From TPA_inf: Saccharomyces (lineage: Eukaryota): a stretch of DNA of 64,000 nt. Below are positions 33,205-44,262 of this stretch, one piece after another (positions within the stretch are counted from its first letter, which is position 1; the number at the start of each line of letters is the position of its first letter). The position numbers were made by a program, and so were the translations under genes. The DNA is taken from contig BK006947.3 of the NCBI GenBank assembly GCA_000146045.2, positions 544,001 to 608,000 of the forward strand, written 5' to 3'. The notes beneath the pieces were generated by a model. That model saw only the letters and a list, made by a program, of their open reading frames with translations, had not been told where the DNA came from and searched no databases.

Positions 33205-34773
33205 CTAGTTTCCGAACTGTCTTAGATAGTCTTCCCTTATGTGCTCCTCCATTTCATTGCCGTTGAGTGCTTCGACGTGGCGTTCGTGTCCCCTCTGTTG
33301 GTTAAGCAGATTTACCCAAATATTTACGCAGAAACCCATGGAATCCTCAATTTCACGCTTTTTCTTGGGACATCTGCACCTGCAGCCACACCCAAATTCC
33401 CTTCCCTCGTCGTAGGCCGCGTTTTTACGTTTGAATTTTGAGTCACTGGCTAAGTAGGAGAATTCCTCATTCCCCATGGCATTATGTGGACAATGCTGTA
33501 TTGTGGAGTGTCTATATCCGATGTCTCTAAAATAGTGTACATCGTCCAAATCCAGAGTTAGCGACAATCCAATAGAGTGAACAGGAGCGTCCCCCCATCT
33601 TTCCTTCCAAAATCCACCACTTTTCTCCAAATATTGAAAAAAACTGTTGTAAATGTCATTGTCGAACACGCTTAGCCGCGCAATCTCAAAATTACTCCAG
33701 AAATGGCATAGATTGTACTCTTCATTGAAAAATTTGTCTTCTACGATATGCTTCCTAGAGCGAGCCTTATGTATCAAATTCATTATTCCCTCTTTGTCAT
33801 CATTTATCTGTTGGAAATCATCACCCTTTTTCAAAAGCTGCTCGATGGCTATCTTTTCGGATATCTTAGCCTTGGCCTGAAAATCATAGTTGATCCAGTC
33901 CCGTAACTCCGGATCATCGGATTCAAAAATGTCGTAATCCTTTGTAAATAGTTTCCATAATGACCCAAGCGTAACGCCTTTTTGACTGATAAAGCTTTTA
34001 GTGTGTCTAAACAAATTTGGGACTGTCCAATACAATTCGGGGATGATGATCGTAAATCCATATTTCTTATTAGTTCGGAGCATCTCCAAAAAGGGATCGT
34101 AGGTAATATCACAGAAAAACTCAACATCGGGTTCCAATCTCCAATACCATTCGTACTTCTGTACTAGCGGGTGCTTGTAAAATAATCCTGAATAAAACCG
34201 GCACATCTTATGATATGATTCTAAGTTTCCGTAAAGTATGCTTCTATCACCTTGATCCTCAATTGCGTTGTAGAACTCGAACGTATCCTTTACGTCACTG
34301 GGAAAATTCCAAGATATCTCATCGATAGTGCCAAATTCCACCAGCGCGCCCACTGTAACATCACGTACTTTTGCTTTGAAGTCCTCTTCAAACGGCTGGT
34401 CATTTAAGAACACATATGGATAGTGGAACCACTGATTGAAATGCTCTTCTATACTGTTGATAGTCTTGATAACATCTTCTAGCTCCCCGTTCCTTGTTAG
34501 CATGACAAACGAGGCATTCTGCTTGATGTACGATGGATTCAACAAATAGTCCTGAGTATTCACACAATTCGAATAAAAGGGTCTGTCCCTCTTCGTCGCA
34601 AGATCCATCTTGGAAAACGGAAGAAAATTTCCCATAGTTCCGTCTACGGATGCAGGCTCAGATACAAGTACCACATACATGGTTATGACGAAGGCAATCA
34701 GGATGCACGTCGCCGTAAGATTGCAATGGATACATCCCAGAAATGCATTTATCGTCCTTCTTATTAGCAACAT
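33205..34773 (-). CDS. KTR5: Golgi alpha-1,2-mannosyltransferase family (KRE2/MNT1-like) type II membrane protein.
   Basis: 522-aa ORF with an N-terminal TM anchor and the conserved KTR-family catalytic region (YHKMCRFYSG..., HFWSNFEIA). Confidence 0.85.
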   Translation of the reverse strand: MLLIRRTINAFLGCIHCNLTATCILIAFVITMYVVLVSEPASVDGTMGNFLPFSKMDLATKRDRPFYSNCVNTQDYLLNPSYIKQNASFVMLTRNGELEDVIKTINSIEEHFNQWFHYPYVFLNDQPFEEDFKAKVRDVTVGALVEFGTIDEISWNFPSDVKDTFEFYNAIEDQGDRSILYGNLESYHKMCRFYSGLFYKHPLVQKYEWYWRLEPDVEFFCDITYDPFLEMLRTNKKYGFTIIIPELYWTVPNLFRHTKSFISQKGVTLGSLWKLFTKDYDIFESDDPELRDWINYDFQAKAKISEKIAIEQLLKKGDDFQQINDDKEGIMNLIHKARSRKHIVEDKFFNEEYNLCHFWSNFEIARLSVFDNDIYNSFFQYLEKSGGFWKERWGDAPVHSIGLSLTLDLDDVHYFRDIGYRHSTIQHCPHNAMGNEEFSYLASDSKFKRKNAAYDEGREFGCGCRCRCPKKKREIEDSMGFCVNIWVNLLNQQRGHERHVEALNGNEMEEHIREDYLRQFGN

Positions 34774-35579
34774 CTGCTACCTTATGACGATGTGCCGTAT
34801 TGAGACACATTTATTGATGACACCTCCATTGAACAAGACTATTTGTGCACGGAAGCACTCATATCTACTACTTCGCATTTTTTTGAAGACCCTTTCTCGA
34901 ATGCCTGCCCAAATTTTTCAATTTTCTTGGCATCATCCACACACCGCATGCTTAAAGTGTACTATCCAAAAAATGAGAGAAAAAGCAAATACCTAAAAGC
35001 ACCCCACCTCTTCCATATCCCACGTAATGGCAATTGGCATATATGCTCGGCAAGGGAAATTACTGGTCGTAATATAGTGCAACATGCAACTTGCCAGGCG
35101 CACTATAGTCACATCTTATTATGTTAGCAGTTGAGCTCCAGCTTTGACTGCACTTTAGCTTAGTTGCAACTTCGCCCCTCTGTTGGGGGCTGAAAAGTAC
35201 ATCCGCGCATTTAACAATTGCTAAGCTATCTTGAATAACATTATACTAATTAATATCTATAGAAGCAGAATGTCTACTACGTCGAGGACCCTACCCCTGT
35301 ATTTGTGCCTTGCATGAGCGAGCTATATATCAGCGATACGTTTTTTTGTTTTCCTTTCGACCTTCTTGCCTACCCTCTCACTTTTCCCACCTGAATTTTT
35401 TTTATCATATTAGTCCGATATTGAGTTTATAAACCTTGTGAAGTGCTAGATAAAGTACAATCAAAAGAGCAGGCAATAGCCATCACAGCAGTTTAGTACG
35501 ATTATACACTCTGAACGCGAGTAAAACTAGGTTGTATTTTTAGTCTCGATTGGAAGTTTCGTCAGACAGTACAAGGAAG

Positions 35580-37616
35580 ATGTCATTCAGCAACGGAAAT
35601 ATGGCTTCCTACATGACTAGTAGTAATGGAGAGGAGCAAAGTATAAACAACAAAAACGATATAGACGATAACAGCGCTTACAGACGTAATAATTTCAGGA
35701 ATAGTAGCAATTCAGGATCACATACGTTCCAATTATCGGACTTGGACTTAGATGTGGATATGAGGATGGATTCCGCCAATTCATCGGAGAAAATATCAAA
35801 GAACCTTTCCTCTGGCATCCCGGACTCATTTGATTCTAACGTGAACAGCTTGCTGTCTCCGTCAAGCGGTTCTTATTCTGCAGATTTGAATTACCAAAGT
35901 CTATACAAACCAGATCTTCCACAGCAACAGTTACAACAGCAACAGTTACAACAGCAACAGCAACAGCAACAGCAACAACAACAGCAACAGCAGAAGCAAA
36001 CACCAACTTTAAAAGTCGAACAATCTGATACATTTCAGTGGGACGATATCTTAACACCTGCTGATAATCAACATCGGCCATCCCTCACAAACCAGTTTTT
36101 ATCTCCAAGATCTAATTACGATGGTACCACTAGGAGCTCGGGCATTGACTCCAATTATAGCGATACAGAATCAAACTATCATACGCCTTATTTGTATCCA
36201 CAGGACTTAGTTTCTTCACCTGCGATGTCTCACTTAACCGCGAATAACGATGATTTTGACGATCTTTTGAGCGTCGCATCTATGAACTCAAATTATTTAC
36301 TGCCCGTAAATTCACATGGTTATAAACATATTTCAAACCTTGATGAGTTGGATGACTTGCTATCTTTAACATATTCAGACAATAACCTTTTATCAGCATC
36401 AAACAACAGTGATTTCAACAACAGTAATAACGGAATTATTAATACCGCTGACACTCAAAACAGTACCATTGCCATTAATAAAAGTAAAGTCGGTACTAAC
36501 CAAAAGATGTTATTGACTATTCCAACTTCTTCCACACCTTCTCCTTCCACTCATGCTGCCCCGGTAACACCCATCATTTCTATACAGGAATTCAATGAGG
36601 GACACTTCCCAGTTAAAAACGAAGATGACGGAACGTTACAACTAAAAGTTCGGGATAACGAAAGTTATAGCGCTACTAACAATAACAATCTACTTCGTCC
36701 AGATGATAATGATTACAACAACGAAGCTCTCAGTGATATTGACCGCTCCTTCGAAGATATCATTAACGGTCGAAAATTGAAACTTAAAAAATCAAGAAGA
36801 AGATCTTCTCAAACTTCCAATAATAGTTTCACTAGCAGGAGATCCTCGAGATCAAGAAGCATATCTCCCGATGAAAAAGCTAAATCTATAAGTGCAAATA
36901 GGGAAAAGTTATTGGAGATGGCAGATCTTTTACCATCCAGTGAAAATGACAATAATCGGGAGCGCTATGACAATGATAGCAAAACTAGCTATAACACCAT
37001 TAACAGTAGCAATTTTAATGAGGATAATAATAATAACAATTTGTTAACAAGTAAACCAAAAATTGAATCGGGCATTGTCAATATTAAAAATGAACTAGAT
37101 GACACTAGCAAAGATCTTGGCATACTTCTAGACATAGATAGCTTGGGCCAATTTGAGCAGAAAGTTGGTTTCAAAAATGATGATAATCACGAAAATAACG
37201 ATAATGGCACATTTTCTGTTAAGAAAAATGACAATCTAGAAAAACTAGACAGTGTAACAAATAATAGGAAAAATCCTGCGAATTTTGCTTGTGATGTATG
37301 TGGTAAGAAGTTTACAAGACCTTATAACTTAAAGTCACACTTAAGAACGCATACAAATGAAAGGCCATTTATTTGTTCTATTTGTGGTAAGGCGTTTGCA
37401 CGTCAACATGATAGAAAGAGACACGAAGATTTGCATACAGGTAAGAAAAGGTATGTATGCGGTGGTAAGCTGAAGGACGGTAAACCCTGGGGTTGTGGCA
37501 AAAAGTTTGCAAGAAGTGATGCTCTTGGTAGGCATTTTAAAACTGAAAGTGGTAGAAGATGCATCACTCCCTTGTACGAAGAAGCCAGACAGGAGAAATC
37601 GGGACAAGAGAGTTAA
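35580..37616 (+). CDS. CRZ1: Calcineurin-responsive C2H2 zinc-finger transcription factor with a polyQ tract and three C-terminal C2H2 fingers.
   Basis: The C2H2 fingers are [42 protein letters not shown] and an atypical third finger. The start is [11 protein letters not shown]. The track ORF begins 10 codons upstream at a TTG. By printed labels the ATG reads at 35570-35572, but the ORF-track arithmetic gives 35580. Confidence 0.85.
   Translation: MSFSNGNMASYMTSSNGEEQSINNKNDIDDNSAYRRNNFRNSSNSGSHTFQLSDLDLDVDMRMDSANSSEKISKNLSSGIPDSFDSNVNSLLSPSSGSYSADLNYQSLYKPDLPQQQLQQQQLQQQQQQQQQQQQQQQKQTPTLKVEQSDTFQWDDILTPADNQHRPSLTNQFLSPRSNYDGTTRSSGIDSNYSDTESNYHTPYLYPQDLVSSPAMSHLTANNDDFDDLLSVASMNSNYLLPVNSHGYKHISNLDELDDLLSLTYSDNNLLSASNNSDFNNSNNGIINTADTQNSTIAINKSKVGTNQKMLLTIPTSSTPSPSTHAAPVTPIISIQEFNEGHFPVKNEDDGTLQLKVRDNESYSATNNNNLLRPDDNDYNNEALSDIDRSFEDIINGRKLKLKKSRRRSSQTSNNSFTSRRSSRSRSISPDEKAKSISANREKLLEMADLLPSSENDNNRERYDNDSKTSYNTINSSNFNEDNNNNNLLTSKPKIESGIVNIKNELDDTSKDLGILLDIDSLGQFEQKVGFKNDDNHENNDNGTFSVKKNDNLEKLDSVTNNRKNPANFACDVCGKKFTRPYNLKSHLRTHTNERPFICSICGKAFARQHDRKRHEDLHTGKKRYVCGGKLKDGKPWGCGKKFARSDALGRHFKTESGRRCITPLYEEARQEKSGQES
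35911..35995 (+). repeat. Mixed CAA/CAG repeat encoding the CRZ1 polyglutamine tract ([10 protein letters not shown](Q)n).
   Basis: The repeat is seen directly in the sequence. Printed line 35941 contains only 50 nt, so the exact repeat length here is uncertain. Confidence 0.7.
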
Positions 37617-37919
37617 TTATTTTTGTTTTTTTAAGCTTTGAATAGGAATTTTTTTTTTCTATATAATAAATATGTAATTTCATAATGACAGTGTAGAAAT
37701 TATGGCTAATCTAATCCATGCAAAGGTATTATTTGGTTATTGTTTTTGTAATGAAATAGTATAAAACAGTGATATTCTTACGGATTAATAGTTTTTACGC
37801 CCGTCTGAATTTTCTAAGCTGCCGAAAATAATGGCAAGTAACAAAAAGTTATTGTATGAGGATGCGTTTTACGTGGCAAAAGTTTTGATGCCAAATAGAC
37901 AAAAGTAGCTCAATTCAAC

Positions 37920-39374
37920 ATGACCTCATCATCTGGTGTTGATAATGAGATTTCCTTAGACAGCCCGATGCCAATTTTCAATGAGAGTTCTACTTTAAAG
38001 CCAATTAGGGTTGCGGGTGTAGTAACAACAGGGACAGATCATATCGACCCTAGCGTACTACAGGCATACTTAGATGATACTATTATGAAATCCATTACTT
38101 TGGGGCAGCTAGTGAAAAATGCGGATGTGTTAAATAAGAGATTGTGCCAACACCACATTGCCTTGAACGCCAAACAGTCGTTTCACTTCCAAGGCAATAC
38201 ATATATCTCCGATGAAAAAGAAACACATGATGTGGTGCCTTTGATGGAAGTTGTTTCACAATTAGATATATTACCTCCTAAAACGTTTACAGCGAAGACA
38301 GGGACAAATTTTGGGAACGATAATGATGCAGAGGCTTACTTACAATTTGAAAAACTAATAGATAAAAAATACTTAAAGTTACCTACTAGAGTCAATCTCG
38401 AAATTTTGAGAGGTACAAAAATACACTCCTCCTTTCTATTCAATTCTTACTCTTCTCTTTCTCCCCAATCAATTCTAAACTTGAAAGTTTTTAGTCAATT
38501 TTATAATTGGAACACAAATAAAGGATTAGATATTGGGCAAAGAGGAGCAAGACTATCTTTGAGGTACGAGCCACTGTTCTTACATAAACTATTACACAAT
38601 CCGCATTCTAATGAAAGTCCCACGTTATTTCATGAGTGGTTTTTAGAGACCTGCTGGAGATCCACTAAGATATGTTCACAAGGCACTAGTGCGCCCTATA
38701 TGTATTCAGGTACAATGTTATCTCAAGCAGGCGATCAGTTAAGGACAATTTTGGGTCATACATTCGTGCTGGACAAGAGAGATCATATTATGTGCCCTAC
38801 TAAGGGTTCGATGTTGAAGTGGAGTAATGAACTTTCGCCTGGAAAGCATTTAAAGACCCAATTAGAATTGAACAGTGTAAAAAGTTGGATGAATGACGAC
38901 TTTATTACTTTTTCTACTACCATTAAAACAGGATATCTAAAGAACTTATCCTCACAACAATCCTTGCCTGTACATATATGTGATAAGTTTCAGAGTGGTG
39001 GGCCCAGCGACATTCGGGGGTTTCAAACATTTGGGTTAGGCCCCAGAGATTTATATGATGCAGTAGGTGGTGATGCTTTTGTTTCCTATGGTCTTAGCGT
39101 ATTTTCTCGATTGCCCTGGAAAAAAGTTGAAAAGTCAAACTTTAGGTTACATTGGTTTTTTAATGGGGGTAAATTGGTTAATCATGACAATACGTCGTTG
39201 GGTAATTGCATAGGACAGCTTTCAAAGGAACACTCCACATCCACAGGTATTGGTCTTGTACTAAGGCACCCAATGGCAAGATTCGAGCTAAACTTTACTT
39301 TGCCTATTACCGCTCACGAAAATGATTTGATAAGAAAAGGATTCCAGTTTGGTCTTGGTCTGGCATTTTTATAA
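37920..39374 (+). CDS. SAM50: Mitochondrial outer-membrane beta-barrel assembly (SAM/TOB) core subunit of the Omp85 family.
   Basis: 484-aa ORF with an N-terminal POTRA-like region and a C-terminal beta-barrel ending in ...GFQFGLGLAFL. Confidence 0.85.
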   Translation: MTSSSGVDNEISLDSPMPIFNESSTLKPIRVAGVVTTGTDHIDPSVLQAYLDDTIMKSITLGQLVKNADVLNKRLCQHHIALNAKQSFHFQGNTYISDEKETHDVVPLMEVVSQLDILPPKTFTAKTGTNFGNDNDAEAYLQFEKLIDKKYLKLPTRVNLEILRGTKIHSSFLFNSYSSLSPQSILNLKVFSQFYNWNTNKGLDIGQRGARLSLRYEPLFLHKLLHNPHSNESPTLFHEWFLETCWRSTKICSQGTSAPYMYSGTMLSQAGDQLRTILGHTFVLDKRDHIMCPTKGSMLKWSNELSPGKHLKTQLELNSVKSWMNDDFITFSTTIKTGYLKNLSSQQSLPVHICDKFQSGGPSDIRGFQTFGLGPRDLYDAVGGDAFVSYGLSVFSRLPWKKVEKSNFRLHWFFNGGKLVNHDNTSLGNCIGQLSKEHSTSTGIGLVLRHPMARFELNFTLPITAHENDLIRKGFQFGLGLAFL

Positions 39375-40319
39375 GAATACATTCCTTTTAATGTCAAGGT
39401 GAAGCTATCGCCTAGCTTCCCATTCAATATTTTTCATATGTTATATAGCAACATATTCTATAAAAGCCTCACTAATAGCTGTGCTGCACGTATGGTAATT
39501 AATTCCTGATTCAGAGAACTCAGAAATCCAATACGTTTGCCTTAAAATGGAGGAGCAACTTTTTCTGTGCTAAAAGTTGCCGCTCATGTATTGAAGGCAT
39601 AATAAAAGAAACCAAATAATTTGTAGAACAAAATGGCAGATAATTGTGCTAGAAGATAAATACTTATATATCGCACCATCGTTATTTTGAGTTTTCTTTT
39701 AGTAGTTCGTGTGATTGCAGCAATGCGATCTTTATCCTCAACCTCATTTCACACAAAATCAAGACTATGATGCTGTTCAATTTTACTAGTCCGTGTCCAC
39801 TTATATATATGCAAAAGTATTATCAAACACTTTAGAAAAGGAAGAAAATGTTTTTGAAATAAGCCAACATGTTCTAGTATTTTAACTTGGGGGGCGTTTA
39901 ATATTTCTGTTAGTTTATCAATTTGGCCTGCCATAAGAATTTCTGACAAAGGTTTTGTGGTTGCACATACTCTGAAAAATGGGGAAGTTTGAGCCACGGT
40001 TCACCCATCTTGAATGTGTGTTATAAGTGGGCTACTGCAGTAGACCAAATTGAAAGGATTTTTTGAACACTGGAGAAAAAAACACTAGGTTCGATTCTTT
40101 AAATTTAATACATGTCAAGGTCCGACCCAGCTTTCCACCTCAATATCAAAGCAATTTTTAATTATGCATTATAACGGTACCTATTCTCAATATGTCTTGA
40201 CGTTCCAATATCATGTTAAACAAAGGTAGTCAAGGACGAAACATTTCCAAAACGGATCATCACCACCATAATGATTGAATTTACAGGCTTAACGGTTTTT
40301 AAATTTATTCTTCGCATGA

Positions 40320-41291
40320 TTAAATTGCAGATGCTGGTCTAAGATACAAAGTATGTAGCAGAAACTTTATCCATTGTTCGTGGTACTTGTCCCAATGATC
40401 GTATAATGTAATTTGCTCTTGAATCGTATCCATAACCTCCTCAAGATCTACAAGAGATTCTGCCATAAAACGATTAAAAGCTATTTGAACAGGAGAACTA
40501 GAATTTTTAGGATCTCTGATGGCTTCAGAAGCCGCAGATGCTAACGATGATCCTTTGGTTGGTTTCCCATGAATGGAAATCGTAATGAATAAACATGCAA
40601 CAGCGATAATATGAGGAGGGTAAAGCAAATGAACATCATTTATATAACTGTCGTTGATTAAGGACCAACAGTTTTGTAGATCATCTGACGATAGTGTTAT
40701 TTGAAATGGCGGTTGCTTTAAGACTTGAACAATTTGCTTTAAGGATTGATAAGGGTGGTGGACAATTAAGTAACTTTCCAATTCTTCTAGTAAGTAGAAC
40801 TCAAACTCAGTAACTTTAGTAGGGTCAGGAGGAATAAATTCGGGCCATAAGGTACGGGCTTCACTTACCAAAGTTCTGATATATTGCGGGCATTCTTCAA
40901 CTTTGCATGCTAAATATACACACGTAGTAACCAGCATATATAGGTTTATTTCTCTAACTGAAGCCTTTATTAAAAACCTTGATAGATAAATATGTGCTGT
41001 AGCCAGTGCATACTGTCTTATATTTAGTCTCCTTCCAAGCTTCATTATCAGGAAATAGCAGTAGATCCTTAGATTATAATCTTTATCATAGTGTAAGTCT
41101 CGGTGAGTTATTGGTATATTCTTTGTGATGGATTGTTCGATGCCGTTTTGCTTCGAATCCATTACAATATTCAAACCTTGAGGAAACAGCTGGCACTCCA
41201 ATAGCCATAACTTCTGCCTCTCTTTAGCCAATGATGCCTTGGTATATTGCCAATGATGCCTTTGTGTAGATGTCCAGAAGCTCCCCGACAT
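40320..41291 (-). CDS. SSN8: Cyclin C of the Mediator CDK8 module.
   Basis: The cyclin-box protein starts at MSGSFWTSTQRHHWQYTK... The track ORF has 13 extra upstream codons. Confidence 0.85.
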   Translation of the reverse strand: MSGSFWTSTQRHHWQYTKASLAKERQKLWLLECQLFPQGLNIVMDSKQNGIEQSITKNIPITHRDLHYDKDYNLRIYCYFLIMKLGRRLNIRQYALATAHIYLSRFLIKASVREINLYMLVTTCVYLACKVEECPQYIRTLVSEARTLWPEFIPPDPTKVTEFEFYLLEELESYLIVHHPYQSLKQIVQVLKQPPFQITLSSDDLQNCWSLINDSYINDVHLLYPPHIIAVACLFITISIHGKPTKGSSLASAASEAIRDPKNSSSPVQIAFNRFMAESLVDLEEVMDTIQEQITLYDHWDKYHEQWIKFLLHTLYLRPASAI

Positions 41292-41586
41292 GTCTAACTT
41301 TTGAGATTCAGATGCCTTATCGCTCTTCAACTAAAGTTTGAGAGGGCATTTTTTGTTCGAACAATATGAGTGCTAACAAGGTTGCTACCACATCAATGAA
41401 CTCTACTCCTGTATGAACCCTAATTTTCCTTCATGAAAAATGAATTTTCGATGTTTTTCCGTGGATTTTATATTTTTTCAAATATATAAAGGAGTAAGAA
41501 AATAACTTTGTTTATCCTATGTTGCGGTAAAGAACTAAATAGTGGTCTTCACCTGTTTTCTAATTTCTTCTCGTTTAAAGTTCTTC

Positions 41587-41926
41587 AATCCATGACCAAA
41601 GAATCGTCACAAATCGAAGCTTACAAAATGGAGTAAAATTTTTTTTACTCAGTAATATGCTTTGGGTTGAAAGTCTCCCACCAATTCGTATGCGGAAAAC
41701 GTAATGAGATTTAAAAATTTTAAATTGTTTAAATCAACTCATTAAGGAGGATGCCCTTGGGTATTCTGCTTCTTGACCTGGTACCTCTATTGCAGGGTAC
41801 TGGTGTTTTCTTCGGTACTGGATTCCGTTTGTATGGAATCTAAACCATAGTTATGACGATTGCTCTTTCCCGTGCTGGATCGAGTAACCCAATGGAGCTT
41901 ACTATTCTTGGTCCATGGATTCACCC
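41587..41926 (+). ncRNA. NME1: RNA component of RNase MRP, about 340 nt.
   Basis: The sequence AATCCATGACCAAAGAATCGTCACAAATCGAAGCTTACAAAATGGAG...GGATGCCCTTGGGTATTCTGC...GGTCCATGGATTCACCC is the yeast MRP RNA as I remember it. It has P1-P4 pseudoknot-forming ends and a TATA-like ATATATAAAGG about 90 bp upstream. No ORF is present. Confidence 0.75.
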
Positions 41927-42087
41927 CTTTTTATTTTTTTAACAGTTTGTTGTTTACACTACTTTTTAGCAGTGTAAAACTTTTGCATAGTTAAATATGC
42001 CGAACTGATCTAATAAAAAGTCTGAATAACTCAGATGAGTTATTTATTGGTAAACTTGTGTAAGAAGAAGATGGAATAGTGAATAAT

Positions 42088-42180
42088 TCATCAAATGATG
42101 AAATACCAATGCAACAGAGTCAAGCTCTGAGTTTCAAAAAGAAACATGGACGAGATTGCTTTTTTATTACTGACCATGAT
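42088..42180 (+). ncRNA. snR66: C/D-box snoRNA candidate, probably snR66. It has a C box AUGAUGA at 42095-42101, a D' box CUGA at 42127-42130, and a D box CUGA at 42170-42173. A terminal stem forms between GAAUAAUUCAU and AUGAUUAUUC.
   Basis: Boxes and the terminal stem are seen in the sequence. The location about 160 nt downstream of NME1 matches my recollection of the SNR66 locus. Confidence 0.5.
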
Positions 42181-42601
42181 TATTCATTACTTACCATTGT
42201 TCCTCATTCTATATAATTGATTGGGCACCACGTAAATTCTTGAGCCTTTTCGGTAGTATTCAATCGCAATATGGGGTAGTTTACGGAAGTGCTGTAAATG
42301 ATGTCTAAAATGAACAACTATGCGTCCTTATTGTGACAATGAATTCCCTTCTTAAATCTCTATAGAGGTCGAATAGATGAATACTCAACACAAAACACTA
42401 TAAAATAAAAAAAAATACAAAAGTGTTTATATTTTTGCTGTGCGTGCTAGCTCATAGCACCCTTACTTGTACGCTATCAGACGATAGAATTAAAGAGACA
42501 CTTCGTCTGAATCCACTTATACTCTTTGTTTTAAAAGGTACTGCACCTTCTATGACCTTGATTTGCGTAACTTTAAATCCATATGACTAAGTATCTTCCA
42601 A

Positions 42602-42820
42602 TCAGCTGTTAAATTGACTGATGGCCATCAAAATACATGCTAAACTAACATATGGACTGGCCCTTTCACCAACACGTGCCATTTTCCAGAAGGCCCCCAA
42701 AACCTCATGATTTTTGTAACGATCTAGGAGAGACGGCCACTGCCCATGAACATAAGAACATGAACAAATCAGTAACAATATCACTTGCAGAAGAGAACGA
42801 AAATTAAATAATGCAGACAT
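42602..42820 (-). CDS. KSH1: Small conserved secretory-pathway membrane protein (Kish family), 72 aa.
   Basis: [72 protein letters not shown]. The track ORF has 11 extra upstream codons. Confidence 0.8.
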   Translation of the reverse strand: MSALFNFRSLLQVILLLICSCSYVHGQWPSLLDRYKNHEVLGAFWKMARVGERASPYVSLACILMAISQFNS

Positions 42821-43106
42821 ATTCTGTCGTGGAAAAAGGACGCAACTTTGCAAAGTAAATCGATCCGGCTCTCTAGTTATTTTGCAAACGATGTTTACCG
42901 CTGTTCTGTCTTTATCCTTGAGTTGTCGTTGCTCACTCTATTGAAGATCAAAATTTCGCTCAAGAAGAGCAGTCCCACCATGCGTACACCACACTACAAA
43001 AATGAATGTTATATCGTTTTTTCATGAATTACAAATGTCTATCGAAAAGTTCATTACTAAATATAATAAGATCAGGATCATTAAGAGATAAATTCACTGT
43101 GTCAGG

Positions 43107-43847
43107 TTACTTCCTGATAAGCTGAAACAAGTGGGTTCTTTCCTTAAGATAATGTTCAAATTTACTAAAATCTGTAATTTCAAGAACGTCAAAATTTCTT
43201 TTAATCTTGTTGAAAAAATGTTTATCAGCTTTTCTTCTCTTCTTGTAAGCCATCAAGATTACAGGTGGGTTTATGCAGTGAGTGAGATCAAGTAGTGTTT
43301 TTTCTAGTAATGGAAAAGCTTCCTCGAGATACACACAATCAGCTGCCAAAACTAGATCAACGTTATTTGCTTGCATAGCACCTTCTTGAGGTGAGAAATC
43401 TGCCGACAGCGGCTCACCCCACCAAAGTTCCCTCGCAAGAACTTCATACTGAACTTCGTCCAGTTCTATATTTCTTTTCAATAGTGGTATCAACTTGTCA
43501 ATGTCCGTAACATATACTTTAGTGCCATCGTGGAATGTGTTTTTTTCCAACAACCCCACGCACAATCCAACTAAACCTGTACCACTACCCAATTCTAAGA
43601 CTTTTTTAAATTGTTTCGTACCATTGACCGTCTTACTTAGCAGATGGTCAACTGATTTCTCGAGTATGTACTCGCACAACAGTTCGCCAGCGATCCAGAC
43701 TTTACCGCCACAACCACTTTCACCGCCATCTTCACAAATTTTCAATGCAGGCAATAATTTTCCACCGAAGGAAAGGTCTGTTTGACCGAGATGCTCCTTT
43801 GGCCTAGGAACAACTAGATCTCCAAACCCACCAAATATACTCTCCAT
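43107..43847 (-). CDS. EFM6: Class I SAM-dependent lysine methyltransferase (family 16 / FAM86-like).
   Basis: The LELGSGTGLVGL motif I and a DxxY-type motif are present. An alternative start two codons upstream at 43853 is possible. Confidence 0.8.
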   Translation of the reverse strand: MESIFGGFGDLVVPRPKEHLGQTDLSFGGKLLPALKICEDGGESGCGGKVWIAGELLCEYILEKSVDHLLSKTVNGTKQFKKVLELGSGTGLVGLCVGLLEKNTFHDGTKVYVTDIDKLIPLLKRNIELDEVQYEVLARELWWGEPLSADFSPQEGAMQANNVDLVLAADCVYLEEAFPLLEKTLLDLTHCINPPVILMAYKKRRKADKHFFNKIKRNFDVLEITDFSKFEHYLKERTHLFQLIRK

Positions 43848-44262
43848 ACTCAATACCTCACTAGTCGCGTTTTTATAACGTTCTAGGGAAAATTATGGGC
43901 CATTTTTTTACATAGAGCCTGCTCATCATAACTTTTGAATTATTTAAATACGAAGAATTACTTTCAGTGTTTGGGTGTGAGGGACTTTTCGTTTGGTCAA
44001 GCCAAAAAAGCTTAAGAGAAAAGAAAAATCTCTTCTGGTTTTACTTGACTAGGTTTCCAAATTATAATATCCGTATTATTAACGTGACACTCAGTATTCT
44101 CCATTCGTTTACGGGAACGTTGATATGTAAACATATGCAGATCCTCGTATTTTAGCAACGACAGGGAGAAACAAGAAATGAGATAGGATGAAAAAAAATA
44201 AAAGTTAGATATTTCTATTTAATTAGAATTCCGCGTAATAAATAATGACACGCTATTATAGT

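Noticed and set aside
35836-36081. 81-aa minus-strand ORF with a poly-Ala/Val run.
   Set aside because: It is the antisense reading of the CRZ1 CAA/CAG polyQ repeat.
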